A DNA stretch of 63,795 nucleotides, counting the filler, from Choristocarpus tenellus KU-1152 (taxonomy: Eukaryota > Protista > Phaeophyceae), in assembly GCA_964200185.2 (NCBI GenBank). It is 12 parts of 12 records of this genome, joined end to end, with 100 filler letters (N's around TTAATTAATTAA, not from the genome) between each part and the next. Parts side by side here need not be neighbours in the genome. Positions count along the whole stretch, not along the records: positions 22,827 to 31,036 come from CAXNAD020004992.1; positions 31,137 to 37,224 come from CAXNAD020008969.1; 10 more parts are not named here. One strand, 5' to 3'. The notes below the pieces were generated by a model. That model did not search any database. It was not told the origin of the DNA and saw only the letters and a program-made list of their open reading frames with translations. Position numbers and translations under genes: made by a program. Below are positions 22,727-35,020 of the stretch, piece by piece; within the stretch, counting starts at the first letter, position 1; the number at the start of each line of letters is the position of its first letter.

Positions 22727-25028
22727 NNNNNNNNNNNNNNNNNNNNNNNNNNNNNNNNNNNNNNNNNNNNTTAATTAATTAANNNNNNNNNNNNNNNNNN
22801 NNNNNNNNNNNNNNNNNNNNNNNNNNGTTTATCACCTTTATGTTCTTTGATGATTTTGGGGATACTTTAACAGCATGCGTGTGATTGTGCTCTATCTTTC
22901 ACTTGCCCCCTCAAATCTCTCTGACATACGCATTCGTTGCTTTTGTTTCTCAACAGAATTTCATATAGAACAATTTCATGTAGAACAGAGCTGGCAATGC
23001 TTCTTTCTTGAAGGGTACGGCAGCACTGATTGTGTTTCTTGTAGTGCCCTATTCGTCATTGTGCTCATTACCTTATGTTTCGAGCATTCTCTGCCTCTCC
23101 TTAAAATTTCGGAATCTGATGCTCTCTTTGAAACGGTATATATTCCCCAGGCATGATGGCATGACCATGTGACATGTTGAGAGACTCCCCCACATCAAAG
23201 GACAAGAGATGTTGTTGGAATTCCTCAAGCTGATGGTTCAATATTTTTCTTCGGTGTTTTTGTATTTCTGTGGGTATCATTTTTGTGATGAGGGAAGATG
23301 CCCTTCAGGAGTTGACTGCAATCTTCTGGCCTTCCTGGGATAACTACTGTATTGTGGACTGTTCACTGTCCACCTGACTGATCTGGTCACATTGCCAGAA
23401 GATGGCAATCAGTTTATGGTTTTGATGTTCATTATTTTGATTTTGGTCTTCCATTGAAGAACTTAGGATTGGATGAGTGGCAAGAGATGACAATGACTAC
23501 AGATCTGGATACCTTTCAAACAGGGCAAAGTCCAGGGTCTAAAATCGCTTGTGGCTTGTAGGGGATGGTATCCATGAGCGTACATTTTCTGAGTGATTAT
23601 TTTTCTGAACTCACTGACAAATGATTACATTTCACCAGCCAAGGTATATCCACGGCAATTTGGTGCATGAGGACACTAGTACGAAATCTAGTGTGCTTGT
23701 GCAATGAGAACGGTAAAAGTGGGGTGTGACAAAGTGGTGTCCCTGGAAAGCCCAAGAAACGTTATTTTGAATTCTGTGAAGGTGTGTTGAGGTACATATG
23801 AAAAGCACGTTAAAGTTTGCTTGAGAGAGCTTTCTGGAGGGTTGAGGTTGTGAGGGTGTCTGGGAAAATGACAAGAGGTATCATTTCCTCCGCTATACTT
23901 CGATCTCCATCTTTTCAATGTTTCCTTTTAATTGTAGCATGCGCTCAATTGATGCTCCTACGTTCCTTCAGTCGTGTATAATCCGTCAATCGCCTCTCTC
24001 TGTATAGTCTTCACCCTTCAAGTATATACAAAAATGCAATATATAGCCACTTCATCGCCAACCTCATTGCCCAGCCAATGCACTATTGCTTCCAGATATC
24101 GGACCACCTCCAAGAGGCAGGTGGGTTGCGATTGACTTTGGCCAATAGTGCAGCAGTACATTGGGTAGTGGACAGTGAGATGGAAATCCTTTGATGTCTT
24201 CAAGGTTCATGGATATTAACATGATGCAGGGGAAAACCAATGAAATGCCTGCTGGGGTGTAGAATATGGTGAGACTGGACATTCAATGCATCTCTTTTCC
24301 TCTAATTTTAAATGATTTGTTTAAACTAAGTAGCAGGAACTCTCTAAGATTCAAAAGGGAAGAGAAGGATGAATGTAGTGTCATGTACTAGTGTGTGACT
24401 GTGGCAGTGTCCTCGTAATTACAACAGACACTCATCATGGCGAAATTTATGGATGCTTACTAGGAAGGTAAATGTTGGCTGATAGTATGGAGTCAGAGTT
24501 GAATAAATATATCTTTAGTCAGTTCATCTTCTTTTTTTTTTAATAATTCCTCATACTTGTATATAGAAAATATGGTTGATACACAACAAATATGTGCTAA
24601 GGTCCAAGAAAACATTGCATTCCATTTCAACCCATATTCTGGAAAATGAATGAAAACACCCACCATAAAAAAATACAAGAAAATACAAAATCTATTACTT
24701 CATTATTGGTAGGACTTAACTCTTAAAACCAACCCTAACCTACTGCTAGAATCACGGCAAGATGATGAGGAAGGTGACATGTAAAAACAAGAAACGTTTG
24801 GACTGTGATAGTCAAGGTTGAGTAAAAAGTGTATATTTACTCGTCAAACTCCCCTCCCCCACCTCCGCAATATTGGCACGATATCTCAAACCTCAAAACT
24901 CTAATCCAAATGAAAATCACAGATAATTAGAGCCAGGATTCTTGAGGAATCAATGCACACCTCAACGCTCTCACATTCAGAACGTCCAATGTGATCATAA
25001 ATCTCGACATTGTAAAACTTTAATTCTA

Positions 25029-28000
25029 TTAGCTACTCCCTGTAAATGTCAACACGCCATGCCCGAATCTTAGAACAAGTGCATCATAGGTGGTTTTTTT
25101 GAGTGGTAGACCTTTGGCACGCATCTCCAGCACCAGACTCACAGCCATCACCTGAGACCATCGTTGAGAGGGAAGAGGAAGGTTTGGGATTGTGTCAGGG
25201 TAAGAGGAGCGACCTGATACAAATAATGCATCAAGTGTCAACAGTCCAGCACAATATGAGTATGATGACAAGGCCTGATGAGTCAGGCATGGACTTGAAC
25301 ATGAAAAAATATATATATTAAAACACATGGAACTTCAGGATAACTGTCGGAAGATAGTCTTGACAGTATTTCCTCATTTCTTCCCAACTACGATGAAAGG
25401 TCACTGCCCTGGAACTTGGTAATAATGACACATTATTTGTTCTTTTTGACAGCTGAAATTAAATAAACCCTTGCAAAAGACATTGTGGGAAGGAGTGCAA
25501 CAGGGTATCCTCTCTAGCTCCTTACTCCTCTTCCTGATCAAACAAATACGGATCTTTTATGGCGTGAGAAGGACACTGCTGAAAAACATTTCAGAAGAAT
25601 AAACATTAGAGTACATCATGTGAACAATCCACCAATGATAGAATATACTTGATAAAAGTTTTCTTGAAGTACATTCAAGTACACGTGATTAACATGTCAC
25701 AGGCAACAATACAACTAGAGCTCTACGAACTTGTGAGCTGGAAAAAATAGATGTGTATTGCATGTTTTGTACCAATCAAAACAACAATACATTGGTTTCC
25801 CACTCATCGACAGAGTTAAAATAAGGCTGCCTTTTTCTGGCACATAATTGAGATCCAGGCATCCGCTCCTCTTCAAGCAACCAACAGCCACATAAGATTG
25901 CAATAGCCTCCAGTCCTTACAAAAAAAAATAAGGTACTGGACACTCCAAAGCAAACCAGAGCACTCCAGGAATTAGGTAAAGCACAATCAATCTCACTCG
26001 GTTTCCCCAGTCACAGCAAGCCTGAACAGCATGCAGATAGGTACAGTCGTCCATTGCGACTCCTCCCTCATTCATCTCTTCCAGCAGGTTCATGGCCGTC
26101 TGACAAAAAAAGGTATAGTCAGAATGACCAATTAGGGTGGGGGTGGAGTTGTGGATTCAGTTAGGGTTACAGGCTGGTCAGATCAATTTCGAACTAGATA
26201 TTTCAAATCAAGTTCCTCATGGGATTTTGCAACAGGAGTGTAAAAAGAGCATTTGGTGACACCATAATATCCAATGATGAAGGAAGGGCCGCCACTACCT
26301 AAACATTCCCACACATTATGGGGTCTATAGTGAGTTTCAATCCACTTGAACAAAATGACTATGCATCAAAATGAGGGTATAACAAAACGCCCCCTAAAGC
26401 AGTACCAAAGGTAACATCAATGCTGATGTGTTACTTCAATTTGGCAGTAAAAGCCTAAAACACTATGGAGTCAATGCTGGATTTAGTGCTAGGAAGGTCA
26501 TTGGTCCCAGTAGCCCTCTCTAAGATAAGATTGAAGACTTTCCACAATTCAGAATAGTGTGACCTCTACTAAGAAATATGGCTTGTTCAGCATCCCAGTT
26601 GTGATCCCACACTGCTTTGGAAAAAGAGGATACTAACTCTTGAGTAAAAATTAAAAAAAGAAAATGTCAATAACACACTGTCTTAAGTACCGAATGAAGC
26701 TCCACATTTTATTAAAATAAAAACGCTTCATTCCTTCAGGAGAACATCCCCGGAAAGCACATCAGTAATTGAGCTCTCTCCTTCCCAGGTACTACAGAGA
26801 AATAACTTAGGGTTAGGGTTATAGGGTTAATTGAGCATTTTTTTCATCCTTTCTTGTAAGAAATAAAAAATACAGTCAAAATAAACATCGGACTTTCCAG
26901 ATGGAACAGTTGTTGGGTCATGGGTAGTGGAGGTTACTGGAGATATAGGTTTAGAGTTGAGGCTTTCCTTACCCTTCTTAAGTCAGAATGTAGTGCAGAA
27001 TGATGGTGTACCCCAACTGCACTGTGGGGAAACTGTCGACAACTTTCAAATCTCTCGGGATTTTGCACCACTTTTTTGGACTGCACTCCACGCTAGCCAA
27101 TCCCTTCTCTTCAATATTATTCTTGGTGCATTTGACTTGTTATCATCATTTTACCCTTTCAAATGGCAATTTGACAATTTTATCACGACCTTTCCTGCCT
27201 GTTCTAGAACCAGGATACCAAAGGACAAACCAATTGGAAACATACCTAACCTCTAGCCAAGCATCAACCTATCACATGTTGTCCCCACTTTATAACTCAA
27301 ATCTGATTCTGAATTATACCTATAGCCAAGCATCAAGGACCCAGGGCAGAAAAACAACCTAATAGTGTTGTCCACAAACATAAAAACACGTCATAGCATT
27401 ATTCTATCAACGGCAATCTACCCTCTCTCTTGTCTTAAGTACTCTTTTCACCACAGTGCTGGCCACTCACATCTCTCCTGCTTTCCTTTACATTAGCCCC
27501 TGGTATCAATAAACAAAATCCTAACCCTCCTAGGTCTGTACCTTGGAAAAACTCAAAATCACTCTGACAAAGTGCACTTTAATAGCATTAAACAATGTGG
27601 ACTAACCCCACAAATCAGCACACCAATGTCTGAGATTGGTACAAACTAGGGTACAGGTTGCTGACTGACTAACTAATTTCCTACTTTTTATCAAATTGGA
27701 AATGGACAGTCTGCCGACTAATCAGGACGAAGTAGACCTGCTACTGCTAACACTACAAACATTTTCACACCTAACCCTAATCCAACACTTTTATTTTTCT
27801 TAGTTTTACTGTACCCTAACCCTAGGTACAACACTGTACTATAGCATGCGCATCACCCCCACTGTAGACATGCAGGATATCAGTACTTAATACCAAGACA
27901 TTTGATCACCATCATGAATAAGATCATGGATCCCACAAGTTGTATCCCAAAAATGCCTGAGGGGAAAACACCTGTAACACGTATAATTTATTGAACACCT

Positions 28001-28944
28001 GTAACACGTATCATTCAACATATGTAACACATATCATTCAACATATGTAACACACATCATTTATTTAACACCTGTAACACGTATCATTCAACATATGTAA
28101 CACATATCATTCAACATATGTAACACATATCATTTAACATATGTAACACATATCATTTAACACCTGTAACACATATCATTCAACATATGTAACACATATC
28201 ATTTAACATATGTAACACATATCATTTAACATATGTAACACATATGATTTAACACCTGTAACACGTATCATTTAACATATGTAACGCGTATCATTTAACA
28301 CCTATAACATGTATCATTTAACACCTGTAACACCTTACCCTAACCCTAACACCTATCATTTGACAAAGAACAGAACAAGAAACGTACACATCATTCTTTT
28401 TTTCTTTAAATCCAACCCAACTGATACTTCACACTTCACGTGTCAAGTCTAAAGAAAAAAAAGTCAAAATTGTGTCACCAAGAGGCCACTCACAATAAAA
28501 AAAATATAACACACACACACACACACATATATATATACACTGGGATGAGACATAAAACTAGAAACTCACTACATACCTTTAAGCCTGGAATGCACGTAGT
28601 CATTACAAATAAAATAATAATATAGGCATGTGGCAAACATCCCCAATTCAGGCGCCTTCGAACACCAAAATAAAAAAAAAAGCATGTACATTGTCGTTAA
28701 TACCCATACGCCCCAATGCTAGTCCACACCCTTCCAGCGTAAGTAACTAATAACACACAAACTTGGAGGGTGTGGGATACAGCATCAATATTGATGTGAT
28801 AGGGTGTGAGGAGTTTGATCACCTGCCAGCGCTGAGCTGCAACACATGTCTGCAGAGCGGTGTTATAGCTCGTCACATTTGGGGCAGGGCCCTTGGACCG
28901 AAGATCCTCCAGTACCTGAACAAAGAGCCAGTCAAGAAATCGTC

Positions 28945-28982
<38 letters not shown>

Positions 28983-28990
28983 ACACACAA

Positions 28991-29037
<47 letters not shown>

Positions 29038-30687
29038 TAAAAATAAAAAAAAAAAAAAAAANNNNNNNNNCCACACCCCAAAAAAAAAACAAAAAAAAAA
29101 AAACCCCCCCCCCCCCCCCCCCCCCCCCACACACACACACAATCAAAATCAAATAAATACAAAATAATGGAATATGTATATATATATTCTTTGCCATGGA
29201 CAAGACAAAAATTACATAAGGTGAGCACAACTACTACTGTCTGTAAGTCTGAAATAGATACTATTTGCTAGCAGAAGGGCATTAGACCTCTTCCTGTGTA
29301 AAGGACTTTTGTAACAATTGGTGCTGAAATTCGCTACCATCTAATGGTTAACACCATCTAATGGTTACACTCTCCATAGGATCTCTGGCACAGGCCATCA
29401 CACCAACTAATGCTTTACTTCCAAAGTACTTCCAAATTACACACATGTAGTAGGTGTAGTAGGCAGCAACGACCTCATTGCCACCATGCTAGGAGTGGTA
29501 GCGGTTAGGGTTAGGGTTAGGGTTCTTTTGATGTACATCAGGGGCAAGCAGAGGGTGAACACACATTGACATACAACCCATACATCTTGTGTACTCAAGT
29601 CACATCTCTTGTTATTAATCTATTATTTAAATAATAATCAAACAAAACTGGTGAGGGCATTAGGTTTGCTGTATGTATTAAAAGCACACGAAAGAGTCAC
29701 ATTGCACCATACAAACCCTGTCAAGTCACTCACTCACACACGCATATATTTGTACATAGCATTATGCAATTGCATTAGGGTTAGGGGCTAATGTTTGATC
29801 TCTATGATAGGTTCACCGCCTAGTGTTAGGGTTAACTTCACTCTCAACCTGGACAAAATGAAAAATTCCACAAACGGAGAGCATAAAAAGATAAAAAAAA
29901 CTAGCAATAATATAATAAACTATATTCTACTATCTGAGTCAAAATATGTCATACCAGTAGTTGGGCCTGAACTTGTGTGTGTGTATCATAATTATCTTCA
30001 GAACAAAGAAAATAAAACAAAATAAGGAAGATACAGTTAACAAAAGTATCTGATTGGTCGACTGCAAAACCTAGGCTACTACATTGGTGGAAATGTTCCT
30101 TTTTAGAAATAACCTTCAATGCAACCTTCCCTTCTGGCATAGGGTTAAGGAAATTGTGAACGATTTTTTTCCACTGAAGACTGTTATGCCATATATACCC
30201 TCCAAAGAATGTAAGAAGATAAATATTCCAAACATACATACTCACAAACTACTTGTACTGGGGGTAGTACACATGCTTGTCAATCACAGCTTCTGGAAAA
30301 CAAGATACACTACTGTTGAAATAATAATAATAATAATAAAGAAATGACCTGATGGACAGCACTATAGTGACATGTGATAACTCTTAACTCTAACCTAACC
30401 ATCTTTGTAACATGAAAAAAACGATAATCTAAATTGCGCTATACTGTCTATCTCTTTCCTCCCTCAAATCGCCCACATCTCCCTTCGACGAGGATCACCA
30501 CACCTCTGTCCAATACACCATTTCCATAAATACGATCTTAGGATTAGGGTTAGGGTTGTGAGTATATGCCGACAAAGATGCATGTTTTGAGGCGGCAACC
30601 ATACCATAGTAGATGAAAAGAAAGTAAAAAAAAATTTCAATGGCGCCATTCGACTCACACTTGCAGCACCTCTTTGAAGAGAGTCAC
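25029..30687 (-). CDS. Second PPR protein, 3' exons 28915-28823, 26099-25998, 25151-25029 (possible 27-nt exon 30687-30661)
   Basis: Phase-0 exons with CAG acceptors and GT donors: VLEDLRSKGPAPNVTSYNTALQTCVAAQRWQ, TAMNLLEEMNEGGVAMDDCTYLHAVQACCDWGNR, VMAVSLVLEMRAKGLPLKKTTYDALV...stop. These are consecutive ~35-aa PPR motifs. Confidence 0.85.
27967..28333. repeat. Intronic minisatellite, ~23-bp unit, about 16 copies
   Basis: AACA(TA/CC)TGTAACAC(A/G)TATCATT(C/T) repeated in tandem, followed directly by CCCTAACCCTAAC. Confidence 0.95.
29503..29524 (+). repeat. Interstitial telomere-like (TTAGGG)n tract, one of many
   Basis: GGTTAGGGTTAGGGTTAGGGTT. Similar short tracts lie near 7590-7620, 10432-10451, 26807-26830, 28336-28350, 30540-30557, 42446-42458 and 59850-59875. 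Confidence 0.85.
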
Positions 30688-31136
30688 CTGGAAGCTTGCC
30701 ATTATCAGAAGATGATCTACAAAATGACTGATGCTATTATGTTAAATATATATATATATATAATACTGTCATCAGCTCAGTACTTTCCCTTTTAAAGTAA
30801 TAGTTCAATCGATATCACTCCTTTCAAAGACCTCTTCCACATTTTAAACACATGACAGATGATTATTGTGTAGTAGTCCTCCTCTGTAGTCCTAGTCCGG
30901 CGTTAACAGTGAGTGTCAATACAACATACCAATGGTCTAAAGTCAATCAAGTCAAGACCCATAAACTGCCTGTGCTATACCATTGGTATACCATACTGGA
31001 GGTCGAGACATGCTTGTGCCCTGTCCCCTCCCCCCCNNNNNNNNNNNNNNNNNNNNNNNNNNNNNNNNNNNNNNNNNNNNTTAATTAATTAANNNNNNNN
31101 NNNNNNNNNNNNNNNNNNNNNNNNNNNNNNNNNNNN

Positions 31137-33000
31137 AGGTGAGGATCGAGGGGCGCCTGTAACAGAATGGGTACGCTCTATAACAGAGTTACCCTGTGGT
31201 CAATAAGGTGTGGTACGAGTTTAATGATACCCAAACACTGTTATTCCAGAACAGGTTTATTTTCGAATTGTGAAGGTTGATCAGAGGGGAGAATTTCAGG
31301 TGCTGCAATTATTGGAGATGTCCCTTCAAACTAAACTTTTGCAATGGTCACTTCTTTTTTGTCTGGAATGGGAAGGAGAAAAGCAAGGCGTGTCAATTGC
31401 CAGATAGTCAAAAGAACATGTCAGCATTTCTGGGAAATTGTCTCGTATTGGACAAGATCAAAACAACCTGTCTAAATGGTTGAGTGGTGGGAACGTCCTT
31501 GAGGCGAGGTAGGTTATCTATGAGAAATTTTCGTCATTGACAAAATTGACACCCCTCACACCAATCTCTGTCATCTTTCTGAAACATGGGTCAAAGGAAT
31601 CTGCCTCTTATCTTGTCTGGTGTGTGGGTAATACCAAAGTGACCTCATGAGGCAGAGTGATCATCACAGGCATGCAATACCAAGGATCGTAATTATTTTG
31701 GAACCACTATTTGACCCTGAAAAGCACAGTGTTTGCGTTATGACCTGGGAATATGACTTATAACTAAGTATGGGCATCAACATACTTCCTCCGTTCGGAA
31801 TTAAATTTAACACAATTTTTGCAAACTCCATTTTCCCCCAGGAATCACCTACGCGACAAACTGTCTCGACGAAGCTCAGTTCTCATATAGATTGGGAGGC
31901 GTGCAAAGTTTGAGATAGTGGACTGTCATGACCGTGGAGGATCACCAGTGCAAAGTGACCGGATCACATTTAACGTTTAGTCGTAGGTGAACAAAGACTC
32001 ATATATTTGGTAAAATTCACTAACGACATTTTCGGTAAAGCAGTGGTGTGAGAATGAGATAGAGACTGCCTTGCATAGGTCTTGCCCTTAGTTTTGGTCA
32101 AATTCTGGATAAGATTCATGTTTGGTGTGGGCACTTATCCTCGACTGCTCTTTCCTTCAACTCTGCATTGATGAGCTTGATGTACAAGTCAACACTAGAT
32201 GACGTTGATGGAAAAACAGGTTGGGTTAGTGAGGATATCTATGATAATATTAGGGAGTCGAGTAGCATGGGAATTTGGTATTAAAGGTTGACTTAGCAGA
32301 TGAACATGCATAAACATCAGTTGCTGTACAACTCGCTGGCCCACCACCCAGAAATCTGTGACAACAAAGATTCCGGATATTTATGGAGGAGATTTCCTTC
32401 CATCCTCCAGGAGAACCTCATCAAAGGAATTATCACAGTCGTGGAAAGGTGGTAGAGGGTAGAAGGTGTTAAGTCTCTGTATTCTTCTGCCAAGAGGATT
32501 TGGAAATGGATCTTCATGGTGTGGAACGTGTTGTTTCCTCTCCCCTCGATCGATCGACTTGTATGCCAATCGGAATGGTGTGGCACACGGACACAGGGCC
32601 GGTGTGGTCCTCAAGATATGGGTAACTTACTAAGAATGTCCTCAAGTACTATTGAAGTAGTTTCCCATTTCAGAACTATTGCCGTTGCATGTAAAACACT
32701 TGGACACTGTTAGACTGGTTCTTCATCTGTAGACTGAAGGGGAGTGGGAAGCAGGAGGTTGAGCAACCCTGAGAAGGTCAGTCAGGGAAGGATGGAGTGA
32801 ATATGGAAAGTGAATCAGGGGGGTTATAAGCTCCACTCAAGCAGCCTGATATTAACGTCACCAGGAAACAAACGCCGATGTTATATGAGGTTTTTCTCCA
32901 ATCAAAGGAAAGACTTTTCAAAGGTATGTATACATTGGCAGGAAGGTGACTATCGCAATAACTAGTACTTACGGAAATAGTGAAAGGTCTATCTCTCAAA
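31137..33000 (-). mobile_element. Decayed Ty3/Gypsy pol region (integrase clear, RT/RNase H faint)
   Basis: Integrase Zn finger LVLHACDDHSAS*GHFGITHTPDKIRGRF..PMFQKDDRDWCEGCQFCQ*RK (~31520-31690) and PQGNSVIERTH (~31160-31200). The upstream boundary is approximate. Confidence 0.8.
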
Positions 33001-33234
33001 TATGTTCTTAATTTGTTGTAAGGAATAGGAAATCCTCCACACTTTTAGAGACAAGTATGTACGCCTACAAATCTTTACAGATTCTGTCTTGATTTGTAAT
33101 TGATTTATTCAAGTAATAACACACCAGCAAAGCGAAGACAACGTTGCTTGAAGCGGACGAACAGCACCATGGATACGTAACCCTCTCTAATAGCTGTGGA
33201 ACCGAGACAAGAGGGTTCAGCGGAGGTGGGTAGC

Positions 33235-35020
33235 ATGATCATGAGTGCGAGCAACATAGAGGATGCAGCATTGCCCATCCTTGACCAGTCTCTGGGAGGC
33301 GAACTCAAAGATGGTACTTCGGGTGGAGATGCGAACGGAAAATCCACCATCTTCGCTTGCGTCGTAACGATGTCGAACACCGTGTTGGGCGTCAGTGTGG
33401 TAGGGGTGGCGGGAGGCTTCGCTAAGGCAGGCTGTGTGGTGAGAGTTAAAGGGGGGAATTTTTGAGGGAATTGTCACTAAGAGAGTAGGATGAAGGAGAG
33501 ATACAGCCATCGTGGCCCTCCGTTCTCGGGATTCGCTAGGCGCCATCCAGACACAGTAGGGAGATTTATAGGTACGACTGATCTGAGCTGGATGTTCTCT
33601 TTGTCTCCTGGTCAAACCTTGTCAGGAGCAACTACTGCTTCAAGTGTTCTGTTCCACTGTTCCTCCAGATAGGAAGGGTGCTTCAAGCTTGTGAAGAGGG
33701 ACTTTGTTCTCCTAGATATTTAGTTTGTAGAAGGAAATAGAGCTGTGCTAGTTTGTTCGTGTTGCTTAGACCTCCTCAAAATACATGGGTAGCAATTTAC
33801 CACGTCTGAGAACGGTCTGTCCTGTTCGCTCGCCATCTTAACTTATATGTCTGGGCGTCCCCTGTGTCGAAACAAGGACGACACATCACAAGATATGTTC
33901 GGGTCGCCCCCCCAAATATCATATGAAAATGCACTTGGGGTGACTGGAAAACTGGGTAGTCATGGCTAGTTATGACAAAGGAAACAAGTTGCTAGCTTAA
34001 CCCGTCTGCTTCCACCCCTTGTTTAATCAAACATTCCTGGTTGCTCACAAGGCCGGCACATTCCTTCTGGTTCTTTTTGCAACTCTTGGAGGCTGTGGTC
34101 TACACCTCTTGTCGGTGACAACCTTCACAGTTTCAGACTCTCTGGAACAAGAAAAGACCCGAGAGGTTGCCGAGGGGGGGGGTGCAGGTGTCAAGACAAA
34201 ACCGAAAGGATCGTTTCGGGCACTGGCAGAAGTGGCGGCGCCACGTTGGGCATTCCTCATCGACTTGGCTGTGGCCCTGAAGTGCTTTGGTGTGGCAACA
34301 AGCTACTTGGTAGTTGTTGGGTGAGAAGCTAGCTTATTCTCGTTTTAGAGGACGGAGGATGGGGAGTCTCACTTATCTCCCGTGGCCGCGTTGATCAATG
34401 CCAGCAGACTAGGAATGAACATTGAATGCTGCATCTAGCTCTAAAATTGCCCCTCAATCTGTTTTCGGTTTGTTGAATTGGTGGAATTCTTCCAACACCC
34501 ATTTCACTTCGAAATTTCTAACATATTAACCTATTAGTACTTCACATATCTCAAGGAGCTGTACTGTACAAAGCAGCTGCCATTGCCTTTCCAATTCTAT
34601 GCATTCTTGGGAAGAATTTCCTAAAATTTACCTCCTTGCAGTTATTGACCTCCCATTGACAGGCTCTCTGAGATACTCATGTTTCTTCCACCATTCTCTC
34701 CCTTCTTCCTCCCTGTTGCCAGTTCAAGCTGTCGACCTCAAGATTAGATGCTTGTGCTTCAGTGTGGTGATGAGCCCAGTTCAATGTGCCCTATTGTCAC
34801 CCCCTTGCTTCCCTCCCCCCCCACATCACCACGATACTTTGTATTGCTAATCAACATTTTATTGAACTTTATTTGAAAGGGACCTTATGCCGTCGGTGGC
34901 AATGGATCTGATTGGGGAGGATCACCCTGACTCATTCTTATTGGAGAGGCGTTTCTGGGTGACAATGGCGCTGGTGGTGGTGGCACCTCTGGCCTATAGC
35001 CGCACCCTAGGGGCGCTAAG
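33235..35020 (+). CDS. Amino-acid transporter, AAAP/Aa_trans family (Avt5/6/7-like), exons 33235-33438, 34052-34320, 34880-~35020
   Basis: In-phase splicing gives STIFACVVTMSNTVLGVSVVGVAGGFAKAGCV-AGTFLLVLFATLGGCGLHLLS...LIDLAVALKCFGVATSYLVVVG-DLMP...RRFWVTMALVVVAPLAYSRTLGALR. Later exons not found. Confidence 0.92.

Noticed and set aside
22830-24300. Possible decayed transposon coding region on the minus strand
   Set aside because: It looks like degenerate coding DNA, but I could not identify a diagnostic motif, so no call was made.
28763-29230. Pro/Lys-rich ORFs
   Set aside because: Homopolymer and gap artefact. The only supported coding part is the minus-strand PPR exon 28915-28823.
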